Source: Azolla caroliniana (taxonomy: Eukaryota; Plantae; Polypodiophyta). Taken from it: DNA of 26,624 bases. The notes under the pieces were generated by a model. The model ran no database searches. It was not told the origin of the DNA and saw only the letters and a program-made list of their open reading frames with translations. Below are positions 1 through 12,110 of the stretch, piece after piece. Both the position numbers and the translations under genes were made by a program. How positions within the stretch are numbered: position 1 is the first letter of the stretch; the number at the start of each line of letters is the position of its first letter. The stretch lies in NCBI GenBank assembly GCA_043228905.1, contig JBHGNT010000421.1:1-26624 (forward strand), written 5' to 3'.

Positions 1-200
1 GACAAGTAAAACATATATTAATGGCACTGAGTTGGGTTTGCAATTGGATTCAATAGGTTTTGAAGGGTAATGTGTTTGCTAAGTTAAATAAGTATTAATG
101 GAACTACTGATTGTCTGTGTGGGTAAAGCCTACATATAAGATAACGAAGATTTTAACGAGTTAAATAATTCTTTGTCTTGGCTGTACTTTGCCTGTGCAG

Positions 201-446
201 ATCCTGATAACTGCATTTGCTGTTATATTCATAAATTTAGGGAAGCGCCAAGAGGGAGAAGTAAGGTTTGTACTCGACATATGCCCACTTAGTCTTATTA
301 TTAGTGCTCATATAAACACTTTTGGAACGAGATACTAATAATGTCCTTTCAGTGCATATTCAATTTTCAACGAGGGGTTCCGGGAACTTCCTGGCACATT
401 GAATGCAGAAAGGTTGGACAGGGACATAAGAGCAGGACAATTCTAA
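201..446 (+). CDS. 3' end (last two coding exons 201-265, 353-446) of a SAYSvFN-domain protein (SAYSD1-like; plant ubiquitin-like/SAYSvFN family); 5' exons lie upstream of the window
   Basis: Acceptor tgtgcag|201, donor ag|gtttgt at 266, acceptor ctttcag|353, stop TAA 444-446. Spliced translation ILITAFAVIFINLGKRQEGEV-S-AYSIFNEGFRELPGTLNAERLDRDIRAGQF* carries the SAYS(I/V)FN motif after a hydrophobic segment, and the conserved PGTL motif. Confidence 0.9.
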
Positions 447-786
447 ATAATATTTATAAATTCACCAACAATGGCAACACATACCTCTGTGAATTTAACA
501 CAGTGAGAATTTTGGCATCAAAATTTTGCATGTATATATATATATAAATAGTTGTATAACATCCTGACATCACCCTATTTTTTCTGATATACCGCTGGGT
601 GGAAATACAAATCTTTGTAATAAATTGAAGTGTGCTTTAAACACCTGAAACTATAATGGAGCATGCAATACTTTCCAAGTTTAATGGCACCTCATTTGCT
701 CCTTGATTAATAACCTCAATTATTGAGTTGTATTTTTTGATTCTTGATGGTTCACACATGTTTACATTTTTACCACAACTAGTATT

Positions 787-921
787 CAAGGACAAGGAAG
801 AGTAAGCTTTAATTTGGCCTTTCACTTTTTACTGCAATTGCTCATTCTCAATCCAAGGACAATGAAGAGTAAGTTATAATTTGTGGTGCTAATTTATTTA
901 CTGCAATTGCATATTCTCATT
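787..921. repeat. Tandem duplication of about 67 bp
   Basis: CAAGGACAA(G/T)GAAGAGTAAG..TTTACTGCAATTGC..ATTCTCA occurs twice. Confidence 0.8.
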
Positions 922-1380
922 TATGGATCGAGATATTTGAATGCTCTCTTAATCTTAGAAAATAGAGATTTGTAGTTTTACAATGGGAAGATTTAATTTT
1001 CAATGCATGAAATAATTTTCCATGCCGTCAAAATTTTCAAATAAGTTTTCCTTGCTTGAATTGATTGGATATTTGATGCCTTTCGAAAAAGGACAAATAT
1101 TGTATTGTTTATTCCTAACTTTCTGGAAGTGTTGAGCTAAAGTCAATTTTTTGACAAGCAAGGCTTTATTAAATCTGTCATTGAGTAGCAAAGTAGAATG
1201 AACATAGATTAAAGAAGGTTTAATGCATGCCAACTATAACTATTGTGTTAGATGATAATAAGTGACTCAAAAACACTAATAGTCAATGTATAAAGTTGCT
1301 TACACGTTGCGATTTATCTTCACACTCAATGAGTGAGATTTTGTGATGGAAATGGAGTTTGTGATTGTCAAAAAGAGGTC

Positions 1381-1520
1381 AATGAAGGAGTAAAATTGTG
1401 TAAAAGGTATTTATGAAGAGGATATTCTCTTGTTTCGATATAGATCTAAAGGAGAATAATGAGGAAGTATAATTGTGTAAAGGTTATTTATGAAATGGAA
1501 ATGCTCTTGTTTCAATATAT
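1381..1520. repeat. Diverged direct repeat of about 60 bp (spacing about 77 bp)
   Basis: AATGA..GTA.AATTGTGTAAA.G.TATTTATGAA..CTCTTGTTTC.ATAT occurs twice. Confidence 0.75.
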
Positions 1521-2914
1521 CAAAATAGCATCTAAAAACAAGTCTTGAGCCTCTTCAATGAGTCACTACAAGCTTGACTTGGCTACAAAAGAGCAAGGAG
1601 GAGGTTTTATTTTGTTTGAACATAACAATGCAATATTTGGATCTAGCTTAACCATCACAAGTCTTGGCCATAATGACAAGGGTCATAAGGTTGTCACCCT
1701 AGGAGCACTAGGTTGGTACATAGGAGGCATGACCTAGAAAAAGTTTAAACTTAGAAAACCATTGTAACAAAGATTAAATTGTTTGTAGCTAGTATAAATA
1801 AGTTCAACGGAGCAAACTTCGTGCAATCTTTGCAAATGTATGGCACATACTCATTTCCTCTTTGATATGTCGTAGGGAGCATTTCGATTGCATAGAAACA
1901 CTATCATGTGCACATTTACATGTTATACCAAGTCTAGATATATTTGTTTTCATTATATCTACAATCATATGCCTCTTTCTAAATTAAACAATATATACAA
2001 ACACATATTTGACCTAAGATATATTAGTAATTCAAGAGTGAGCAGTGTCAAAATGAAGTGAAATTAGGTGAGCTATGGTTGGGGTACCGTTTACATTGGG
2101 ACCACGGGCCACATCCACGTCGAAACCCTTTGACCTCTCGCTTCTTTTCGAGAGACTTGGATGGAAATGAAACTAGGCCTAGTATAAAGCCATCGAACAT
2201 GTTTTTTTACTAGAACTCTTTAGCTTGAGTTCTATTTTATTTATTTATTTATACTTTCGATGAATGGGTAAATACCCCAAATTTGTTGTAAACCAATTGT
2301 CTCATGGGCCAATTTTGGTCTTAGAAGACATTAAGATTTCTTTCTTTCTTTCTTTCTAACAACATGCCATTCTCCTAGATTAACTATGAGATATTCTTTG
2401 AATGTTGATTCATCCAAAATTTGTACGTATTTTCAAATATTACAATATCCAAATTTACATATGCCATCAAGAGAAAAGTCGTGGCATTTACAGAAGCATA
2501 ACTTCTTGAAGTCCACAATTGAAAAGAACACACTAACCATGATAAACAAGAAATTTGTTTCACAAACAACACTAGGTCATGCATTGCCAAATGTAATGAA
2601 GAAGCACAAAGGCCTTGCAAATAGAGTTGGGGAAACGATTGACTTTTTACTTCATCAAATCCCAACATGTTATGTGTGCTCGAGCAAAATGTGAAAGCAT
2701 TATTTACCCTTAGGTTTATGTATAAAGGAGACTTTAGACTTCCCCACATCTTGGATTTGCATGTTACTTGAAATCAAAATTATAAAACATGATGCCGTAG
2801 TGATAAAGCTTTTGTTTTGTAGCATTGATGTTGTGCATGTAGTGGTAATGTCATGCTCATTATCAAAATACAATTACAATAATTCGTAGTTGGGATCATG
2901 CACAATGACAACTT

Positions 2915-3092
2915 GTTCCTAAAACATAACTTTATAACATTAACACAGAATCACAATTTCCAAAATATAAAGATTCCTCCATATTACAAAGATCGTTTTG
3001 TTCCTAAAACACAGCTTTATACCATTGATACATAGTCCCAATTTCCAGAATCTCTTTCCAAAATACAAAGATTCCTCCACAATACAGAGATA
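2915..3092. repeat. Diverged tandem duplication of about 85 bp
   Basis: GTTCCTAAAACA..CTTTATA.CATT..TTTCCAAAATA.AAAGATTCCTCCA..TACA.AGAT occurs twice. Confidence 0.75.
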
Positions 3093-3631
3093 GATAGTAA
3101 AAGATAATCATTGTCTTCTAAAGGGCAAATGTTTTTATTTTTTTGGACCCAAAAAAAGATACCATTGCCGATCCCTTTCAACTAGAGATGATAGCTGAAT
3201 TGACATTAAATCCATCAAATCCAAAGAGCGAAAAAGAGAGAAGGAAAGCCAAGGAAACAACTCACATTACGTAATCATCGAATCGGGCTCCTCGAGCAAA
3301 CAAAAAACATTAAACACAAAAAACATCAAACAAAACAAATGCTCAATAAGATCCAAAGGCGAAAAAGGGACGGATCAACGGCAAATGGATGGATGGATGA
3401 TAATAATAAACAAAAGGATGAAGAAAAAAAGAACAAAAAAAGATGTGTTGGCTTGGCTTAGCCTAGCTGCCCACAACAGTTCATCATGAAGAATATACAC
3501 ATATTAGAAACCACACAGAGGTTGACCATTGCCATGGCAGACCAAAACCTTAACCTATAGGATAAAACAAACAGAATTTGTTGATATGTCAAGAGCCAAC
3601 CAACAGTGCAGATGAAAAGGAAGGAGTGTAA

Positions 3632-3639
3632 GTGGGCCC
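3632..3639 (+). promoter_or_regulatory. Candidate TCP-binding/site II motif GTGGGCCC in the TMEM245 promoter
   Basis: Matches GTGGGNCC and lies just upstream of a CT-rich putative 5'UTR. A second GTGGGCC is at about 3823. Short motifs can occur by chance. Confidence 0.3.
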
Positions 3640-3879
3640 TCCTCTCATTACAAGAAACAAAGAGCAAGGATTGGGATTTGCAATCCCCCTGTCATCATCC
3701 CTTCCCCCATTTCTGATTCATCTCCATTGATGATTTCTTCTCCTCCTCCTGTTTTTTCCAGAGGTCTATCCTCCCTCACAAAAGAATCAAAGAAATCAGG
3801 GAAGACTCATGTCCTTCTTCATGTGGGCCTCAAGGTGTGTATATCTGAGCCTCTTATATATTATCTATAATTGCTCGTG

Positions 3880-4620
3880 GCGCTGTTGATATTCAAGCTA
3901 TAGGGTAACCTTTTAAGGGCGTTTTCTGTGTCTTGACTATCATCTGACTTGTTGGGTTGATTCAAATTCAAGCTCTAGGATACAATTTGAGAATTTTGCT
4001 TTTGGTGTTTCGGTACTCTTAGGGTTTATTGGGTCTGCTGAGATTTAAGCTTGAGGGTAATATTTCAGAGTTTCTGTGTTCCAGAAGTTATTGGGTCTAT
4101 GGGGATTCAAGCTATATGGTAATATCCTAGGTTGTTTTTTGTGTTCTACTCATTGTAGGATTCTAGGGTAATATTTTAAGGTTTTGTGCATCTTGATCAT
4201 CATAGAATTGATTGAGTCTGTTGAGATTCTAGTGGTGTCTTAGGATTTTGTCTGTCCTTCTCATAGGATTTATGGTGTCTCATTAGATTCAAGTACCATT
4301 GCAGGTTTTTGTATATCCTCATTAAAAGCCTTATTAGATCTCGTTAGTTTCAAGATTTAGGTTAAAAATCTAGGGATTTGTATTTTTTTTTGGCTCTGTT
4401 GAGATTCAAATTTCAGGGTAATTTTTGGAGATCTATGTGCAAGGGTTTTTTGGGTTTAATGAGATTCAAATTATAAGGTAATAATTTGGAGGTCTTTGTG
4501 TCCTGCTAATTGTAGAATTTGTTACGAGATTCAAGCTCTATGAAAATATGTTGAGGTTTTGTGTGCTGTTTTTCATCCTCATTACCCAGGACTTGTTGGG
4601 TTTATTGAGATTCAGTCTCT
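3880..4620 (+). repeat. Degenerate tandem repeat, about 12 units of roughly 55-80 bp, upstream of the TMEM245 ATG (probable 5'UTR intron)
   Basis: Core (T)GAGATTCAAGCT..AGGGTAAT recurs at about 3888, 3960, 4040, 4104, 4159, 4223, 4286, 4347, 4401, 4461, 4526 and 4607. Confidence 0.75.
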
Positions 4621-4721
4621 TCAATGGGTAGCACATTGCAGAAGTGCTCAAAATAAACTTTTGGGTTTGAATTGTTCTTCTCCATTACCCATTTGACATA
4701 GAAACTGAAAATTTTGCCACC

Positions 4722-7700
4722 ATGATTTCCAATGAGAAAGATCTGAGTCATTCAAATGAGAAGAGTCTGAACCGTAGCTCAAGCACTATACCATGGAAGG
4801 AGATGTTTGAGACTGCTGCCTCGAGCCCCTTGTCCCAATTTACGCCACCGAGGTACTTATCTTCGAGATCCTCTCCGGCTCTTGGTTCAGTAGCCAACTC
4901 ACATGAAGCTGAAAGTGCACAGAAACCTCCTCTGCCCAGAAAAAAAGAAAGCGCGCATGCTCTCAGTGTCCACAAACCTTCATCCGATCACAATGCAACT
5001 GAGATATCAGAAAATGCTCATTATGGCACACATCAGATTCTCAATAATTGTCAAAATTCTGGCCTATCTATTTCTGATGAGAATTCCAAGGAAGTTACTG
5101 GTCTGCACCAACAATATCATCAACTTGCAATGTATATAGCAATGGCACATGGCGTCCTTATATTTCTTGTTATAGTGATATATGGAATATGGAAGCTCTT
5201 GGGATGCTACCAAAAGCCTATTCAATGGGCAGTGCTATGCTCAATGCCGTTGAGAGCTATCCATGAGGCTATCAGATCCTTTTGGGAGACTTCTTTGAAA
5301 CAGGGTCTCTTTGGAACACTTCTGGCAATTCCTTTGGCCTTATGCAAGGCTTTAATAGTTAGCACACTTGATGCTCGACTTGCTTTGCTTCATCTCATTG
5401 GAAAAAGAAGGTCCCAGCAAGGCAGGAGAGTTAAGTTTTCAACTCTTACAGAATGGTTGGTTTCATTTACTGTGTTGACACTTGCCTATGAATACATGGG
5501 TTCAATCTCTTTTGCAATTATACCTTTTGTGGTGATCACTTTCTACTCCTTTGGCGTACTTCTTGGTCTTGTGCCAGAGATTGAAGAGCTGGAAATGGAA
5601 GCTAAACGATCTTTACTTGTGGAACCTAGCCGGCGATGGAAACATGCACGAACTTGGTTTGAATGGGCTTTGTTACCACTCACAAAAGTATACAAATTAT
5701 TTGAAGCATGGATTACTGGTGCATTAGTGAACAATCTACACCATTTGGTTGCAATATTTTTGATTGTGTTGATGATTTTTGGATCTCTATCAGGATTGGT
5801 CTTGTTCTCATATAAAATAGGGTTGGAAGGCAAGGATGTAGTGGTTGCCTTGAAATCCCACGTAGAGAGAAGTAACTATGTAGAGAAGGTGGGATTAAAG
5901 CAGTGGATGGAGGAAAATAACATTCCTGAGCTTATTGATAGCTATTCAGGTAAGGCATACGATGTAGTATCTAGCCAGATAGATGTCTTTGCGGAGAAAT
6001 ATCAGATGACAGAGCTGGCTGATGTGGGTAAGCAGTACTTTATTCAGCTTGCACGTGGGCAATGGAGAAGAAATCTCGCAAATAACTCCAACACAACAGA
6101 ATTAGTTCAGTCTCACCCAATTTTGGTTAAAACACATGCAATAGTACAAAAATGTCGAGAATATGACCTAAAAGGTGCTTATTTGGAGCTTCAACAAGGT
6201 GGTCATTTTATCCTCGAGCATCTTAACATACCAAGAGAAGAACTATTGGATAAAGCAAAGAAAATAGGAGAGAGGTGGCTTGGAGTTGGAAAACACGTGT
6301 TTGCAAATAGCTCAATACTTGTGTTTGCGATTGCAAGACTCGTTGTTTCAAGTACTAGCACAGTTCTTTCTGGTGCTCCTGAGCTCCTGAGCTTTTGTGC
6401 AGATTCTTTTATCTTCTTCACTGTACTTCATTACTTAATCATTTCCAAATCTGGAGGTGTGATGGAGCAAGTGTTAGGGATGCTTCCATTATCTAAATCT
6501 ACAAGGACAAGATGTGCAGCTGTATTAGATGATGCTGTAAGTAGTGTTTTGCTGGCTACAGTTAAAGCAGCCTTTTTCCAGGCGGCTTTTACATGGCTCC
6601 TCTTTCGGCTTTTGAATATACATTTCTTGTATATGTCAACCCTACTAGCATTCTTTAGTGCCATTGTTCCACTTATTCCTAGTTGGTGGTCATCAATTCC
6701 AGCTGTTGCTCAGTTAGCTATGGAGGGACGATATATTCGAGCTGTCTTGCTGATGGCTGCCCACATTGGAGTTATGGATTATGGTGTTGGTGCAATTCAG
6801 AGTGGTATTCCCGGCAATAATGCATATTTGACAGGTTTAAGTATTGCTGGTGGCATTGCCTTATTTTCGTCTACACTTGAGGTTAGCTCTTGACTATTTA
6901 CATTATTCTCTAAAGCGCTGATGGGTTATACATTTTATATAAATTACTTGCTATAGAGAGTGGCACCGATAAACTTGTCACATTTGTGCGAAATTTTGGA
7001 TGTTTTCAAGTTTTGAGCAGTAAAGATTGTTAAACAGATCATCTACAATCTATCCATGCAAAAGTCTTTTTATATACAATGCAGTCCATTAAAGTTCATC
7101 TGTTCACGGTCCTTTGCATTTCCCTGTCTGGAAGGAAAAAGATACACGTTTCTTTTTTAAGCAAATGTGGAAGAATCTATTCCAGTTACTAGAAGTGCTA
7201 ATCTCCCCTCTTGGGTTGCACTCGAACAGCACGTGCTCTCTTCATAGGAGATGGGCTATGCCAATTGAATTAGTTAGAAACATGTTTGGAATGGGTTGGC
7301 TAGGGGTGTCAATTCCAAGGTATTTTCTACTTCAATTGCCTCTTCATAGTATCCTACCAGCAGGTTGTTGACTTTGCCCTTGGCCACATTTAGCTTTTAT
7401 GGTGCTCATGAAATCTCTAGAAAAGCTTTCATTTGCCTTCAACCTGCATTTTATTTGCTGGTGTAATTGAGCCACCATCGTGGATGTAGGTATTCCAAGT
7501 TTTTCCATTCAAACCCCATAACTTTGTCTGTGGTTGTGTGAAAGAATAGGACAATGGTTGTCGTTTAAGCAGAATCTCCTCTGGTACAAGCTGTAAACAA
7601 ATGAGATGATCAACAGTGTTGTATTTGAACCTACTTGTAGTTGTACTACAGCTGTTGCCATGTTTTTCAGGCCGTTGATTGAGTTGACGTTCTAGAGTTT

Positions 7701-8978
7701 CTGCCTGGAAGTGTAGCCATGCAAGAGCCCACCATACTCCCGTGATTGTTGTGCAAGGTGTTTTCAGTTTCCCTGATCTATCGTAGGGTCTTAATCCAGT
7801 CATATAACTGATTTAGAGGAAGACCCGGTAATATTGGCTGATTTCATAATGCATATATCTGACCACTGATGAACAGGGGTGTCCAAGGGGAGCCAAAACT
7901 ATGAATCAAATCCTAATAACCAATGAATATTAAGATTAAGAAAAGAATGATTTAAGGGTACAGACCACCCGCACCCCAGAGCGAAACGCAAGAGATGAAT
8001 ATAAAATACCGTCAATTTTGCATTTGATCGAATATTACTGTATGTTATTTGAGATGAATAGATCCAAGAGAAGAGATCTTTGTTCACCGATCACATCTAG
8101 ATCAAAATGCCGTAATAATCCTCACTATATGTAGTTTTCGTTATATATCTTGACTCCTTAGGCTCCCAAACTCCCACGTATTCCCATGTGTTACAGGTCC
8201 TAGGATAACTCATTTCCAACTTATCCTGCCCTAAACAGTTGAAATTAACCTTTAGAATTGGTATCTAGAGAGAGAGAGAGAGAGTTGGGTTTTGAATAAC
8301 AATCGGCAACAGTTCAGTTCGGTTTGAGAGTGAACCAAACCATGATACTGTTAAACCGAACCGTTAAAATGTTTTCAAACCATTAAAACTGCGGTTTTGT
8401 GGTTTGGTTTCGGTTTTCAACTTAGGTCAAAATTCAATTTTTAAATTTTTTAAATTTAAAATATTTCATTATTCTAAATCTTTAAATTTTCAAAATTTTA
8501 AAGATTTTCCTAAAATGTGAGAATAAGGCCTGAAAGTGAAAAGATTGTTTTAAAACAGTTTTTAAAAATTTAAATAAATAAATAAATAAAAATAATAATA
8601 AACCATTTGTTTAAACCGTGGTTTCTAACTGTTGAAACCGAACCGAACCCATTTAAAAAAACCTGAACCTGAACCGAACCGAACCGTTCAAACTGTTAAG
8701 CTGCAGTTTGGTTCGGTTCAAACCAAATCGTTGCCGACTGTTAGTTTTGAACCCAAGATGTAGTGTAGTAGTGCAACAACTTACCACTAGGGTAAGGTAA
8801 TTACAATGGAGAGAGAGAGAGAGAGATAGAGATTTCTATTTACATTAATTGTGCTAAAAAAGGGAGTTTATTGTATATATACCAGGGAGCAATTATGGGC
8901 CCATTGCTTATGACAGTTGCAATTTCATTAAAGAACCTTTATACAGAGTTTGTTTTGACAACTCCGAAACAGATATGA
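4722..8978 (+). CDS. TMEM245: TMEM245-like (AI-2E transporter superfamily-related) multi-pass membrane protein, 750 aa; exons 4722-6881 and 8886-8978
   Basis: The 723-aa ORF has many hydrophobic helices and motifs typical of plant TMEM245 homologues (PIQWAVLCSMPLR; YLTGLSIAGG). Phase-0 donor GAG|gttagc at 6882. Acceptor accag|8886 gives GAIMGPLLMTVAISLKNLYTEFVLTTPKQI*, the conserved GAIxGP C-terminal helix. Start context is gccaccATG. Confidence 0.9.
8297..8743. mobile_element. Non-autonomous hAT-type MITE (447 bp) in the TMEM245 intron
   Basis: TIR TAACAATCGGCAAC (8297-8310) vs GTTGCCGACTGTTA (8730-8743), 13/14 match. Exact 8-bp TSD GTTTTGAA at 8289-8296 and 8744-8751. Many subterminal AACCG/CGGTT motifs and an AT-rich core. 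An 8-bp TSD is diagnostic of hAT. Confidence 0.9.
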
Positions 8979-10146
8979 CAAAAGTTGCAACATTCTTCTT
9001 GTATCCTCCATAGATTTCAATCATTTCAATCCAATTCTACATAACATTCTTTCTGGAAACCACCATGAATGGCTAAATTTGTTCGAGAAGAGAATAAACC
9101 TTGTAAATTTAGTCACTATGCTACAAATTGAATGTAAGGGCTTGATCTTAAGCTGATTACAATTCGTCTATTCTATGCCAGTGACTACCCTGTTATGTAA
9201 ATAAATCTTGCCTCCAAAGGTATACATGACACATAATTTTTTAAATATAGTGATACAAGTTGTGTGGTCAATACTCTTTTCATTTTCATAATAGTGGTGC
9301 GTACTTATTGATGATTTAGAGGTGCTAAACAGTAATGGACTATAAATACATGGTATATTTTATGCTTCATGAAGAGTATTAGATTGTGTGGCACTTTCAG
9401 TGTGAATGTAAGATTGGCTATCTCGTCTTTTTATATTTAACAAGTAAATGTGTTTAACATAATAGTGTGATCATTGGAGTGTCATTGATGCACCAAGAGA
9501 TAATTCATGATCATGCATGCTTTATGCGTAAGCCTCAAATCAATTGTCCATTGTTGCTTTGAGAACTTTGATGATGAAAGTTCCAACTTGCGATTATTAT
9601 TATGATTTATTTTTCAAAATTTTGAAAGGTTGCAACACTACTTAAATGATCATACTAAAACGTGCAATTTGTTATTGATGTCAATTCTATACATAAATTT
9701 TGTATTGAATTGTTAGTGCATACCCATCTCCTTTTACTTTTGTAAAAAGTTTACTACCTTCCATCTTTTTCCACCATAAGCATATATATACTAAAGCATA
9801 TAATTATAGATTGCTAAACAAGGTGCGAAACCAATGTTGATTACTAATTACCACACAAACAAGAGTTTATAATAGAAACTATTTGAAGGTTTTTCATACT
9901 TGGGTGACTTTCACTAATATGATTTTGATATTTATTTGTTCAAGACATGAATAAGGAACATGGTGATATAATATATAAATTTATTAGTGCTAATAATGTG
10001 AAAAAGGGGATTAAAAAGAGATTATTGGTGGTTGGGGTAGAGTATTTGGATTAACAAGTAAGGGCATAAAGAGAAGAATAATTAAAGGCACTAGGATAGA
10101 ACAAGTTAATTAAGGAGAAATTAATGGAAGGATTAGAGTGCTAGAT

Positions 10147-10298
10147 TGTTGGATTAACCGTGGTAGCATTGATTAAATCATGAATTATTTGAAAGTTAAT
10201 TAATGGTGAGGGACATGAGTAGAGTTTCTGGGTGTTGGATTAACCATGGTAGCATTGATTAAATCATGAACTATTTGTGAAGGACTTGAGTAGAGTTT
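10147..10298. repeat. Tandem duplication of about 86 bp
   Basis: TGTTGGATTAACC(G/A)TGGTAGCATTGATTAAATCATGAA..GGAC.TGAGTAGAGTTT occurs twice. Confidence 0.8.
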
Positions 10299-10914
10299 TG
10301 GGGGAGTGTAGTAGGTTTTTGGAGTTCTTATGATAAAATTATTTTAGGCTCTTGTAGTGCTCTAGATATGGAAATAGAGAGTTTCAATGTTCAAATATCA
10401 TAATTAGTTTCTTGATAAGCAAGTCACCTATTTAATTACTTAGTTGATGGTTCATGAATGGCAAACGTATTAATGAGGCTAGTGCTACATTTGTGCTCAT
10501 AGAGTCATATGTTCTTACCATAAAATTAGTACTTATATATGTTGGCAAAACATTGACTATTTGTGGGCTTATGAGATTGATGTGAAGAAGTCTATGATCT
10601 AAAGTGTGAGGATGAAGAAGCCTTACACTAAGCCTCTTAATGGAGTTGCATCCTGCACTTATTTGATCATTAGTTAGTGTGTTAAATACGATTACCAACA
10701 TCGTAAGAAAACAAATTTTTTCATATTCTTCTCTTCCCTTTTCGATTGTGACAAAGTATTTTTTATATTTCCGTGAGATAAATTACCAAACTTTTCTTCT
10801 AGTTCCTTGTGGTAATTGATTGATTAGTTATTGCATATAATTAAGTTATTTCCATATAATTCTATCTTAATTACAAAATAGGAATTTCCTACTTGAGGAA
10901 AGGACACCTGTATA

Positions 10915-12110
10915 CGAATGTGTCACTTCCCCAATGATGGTAGAAGCATTATTTTAGATAGTGAATCTTATCAACTTAATCAAATCATGCCATCTAAATG
11001 AATGCATTTAAGTGTTTGAAGCATCGAAAGAGATATAATCATTGTGTACGAATCTTGTGCACTTCTACAACATCATCTCAATGCCCTAGATGGTTTATTG
11101 TTGCAAAAGGGCTCATGAGAAATGTAGGAAGAGATTGAAATCATGATCTTCCACACATGTGTGGACTCAAAAACAAGCTATCCTAATTCCTCACCCTATA
11201 AAGAGGATATATTCCTATTTCTAGGATTTGCATTTACAAACGTGAATGGATGCCTCTATGTATGACCCAAGCTACCAAGGATCCACTCACTCAAGGATAT
11301 GAAACTCAAGTCTTGCTAGGACAACAATGCGCTTAGGCAAACTTCTAGGAGCCTTGTACCAAAGAATGGCTTTTTGAAACTATGGTCACCCTTAGCCCCA
11401 TGCATGGTGTGATTGTAAGGGTTTCCATGCTCCCCCTACAATGAACACAAATAGATCGTCCACTAGTCATGATGTTGTCACATATTATATATAACAACAC
11501 ATTTACTACACCTGAAATAATCCATGTTGGATTCACAACACTTCCATGATGGTAGAAGTCTTATTTCATGTAGTGAACTTGATCAAACGAATTTAAGTCA
11601 TACCACCTCAAAGAATTTCACATGAGGCATTTGAAGCATTGAAGCAAGTGATGACAATGGAACACATAAAAGGATCATTGTACTCATTGGTAATAAAGTG
11701 GTTCAACATCGAGAACTTTCCACCCTTTCTATTTGTAGACCTCTCAAAAATGAGAAACAAAACAAGGGAGTGCAACAAAGAGCTATAACAACTATTTACC
11801 CAAAGACTTGGATCACACAAGGGAACCTCTCCCCCTAAAGGTAGCTTCCTATTAGAAAGATCATTTTACAAACTTCTTATGGGATGGATTCATATGGAGA
11901 GCGAGATATGCGAAAGGATGCAAAAGTCTATGTGCCACTCAGTGCTCACAAAGCAATAGGCCAACATAGAGTTAACATATCCAAAGTCCAAAGATGTTGC
12001 AAACTATGTGAGGGAGAGATCGGAAGCAAAGATTTTGTGTGTAGATGCCCATCTTACAAGCACATAAAAGAGAAATATATCACCCTCTACGTTGTTGCAA
12101 AAATCCAAGT
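10915..12110 (+). mobile_element. Two tandem, heavily degraded 5'-truncated non-LTR retrotransposon (LINE ORF2 C-terminal) relics
   Basis: Diverged direct repeat about 615 bp apart (CACTTCC..ATGATGGTAGAAG at about 10925 and 11540). Translated remnants PMMVEALF, PPQRISHEAFEALKQ, and AHKAIGQHRV..CKLCEGEI..FVCRCPSYKHIKEKY resemble the C-terminal Cys/His motif of LINE ORF2. Many stops and frameshifts. Confidence 0.6.

Noticed and set aside
341-547. 68-aa ORF MSFQCIFNFQ..
   Set aside because: Wrong frame. The real exon (SAYSIFN..GQF*) is in another frame at 353-446.
1000-1233. 77-aa - strand ORF with vague L1 RT resemblance
   Set aside because: No intact RT motif (no QG or FADD), so it cannot be supported by eye.
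2384-2749. Opposing 121-aa and 102-aa ORFs, with faint L1 zf-RVT-like remnants on the - strand (LHYIWQ..DLVLF)
   Set aside because: No recognisable protein family. Possibly a decayed LINE, but too weak to call without a profile search.
3880-4620. CRISPR-like repeat-spacer interpretation of the periodic GAGATTCAAG array
   Set aside because: The repeats are highly degenerate, the intervening sequences are related to each other, the period is irregular, there are no cas genes, and the context is eukaryotic.
4748-6664. Several antisense or alternate-frame ORFs within TMEM245 exon 1
   Set aside because: Shadow ORFs of the coding strand with no independent evidence.
7875-8170. Possible inverted ends GGGGAGCCAAAAC..GACTCCTTAGGCTCCC in the TMEM245 intron
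   Set aside because: The match is too short and imperfect, and no TSD was found.
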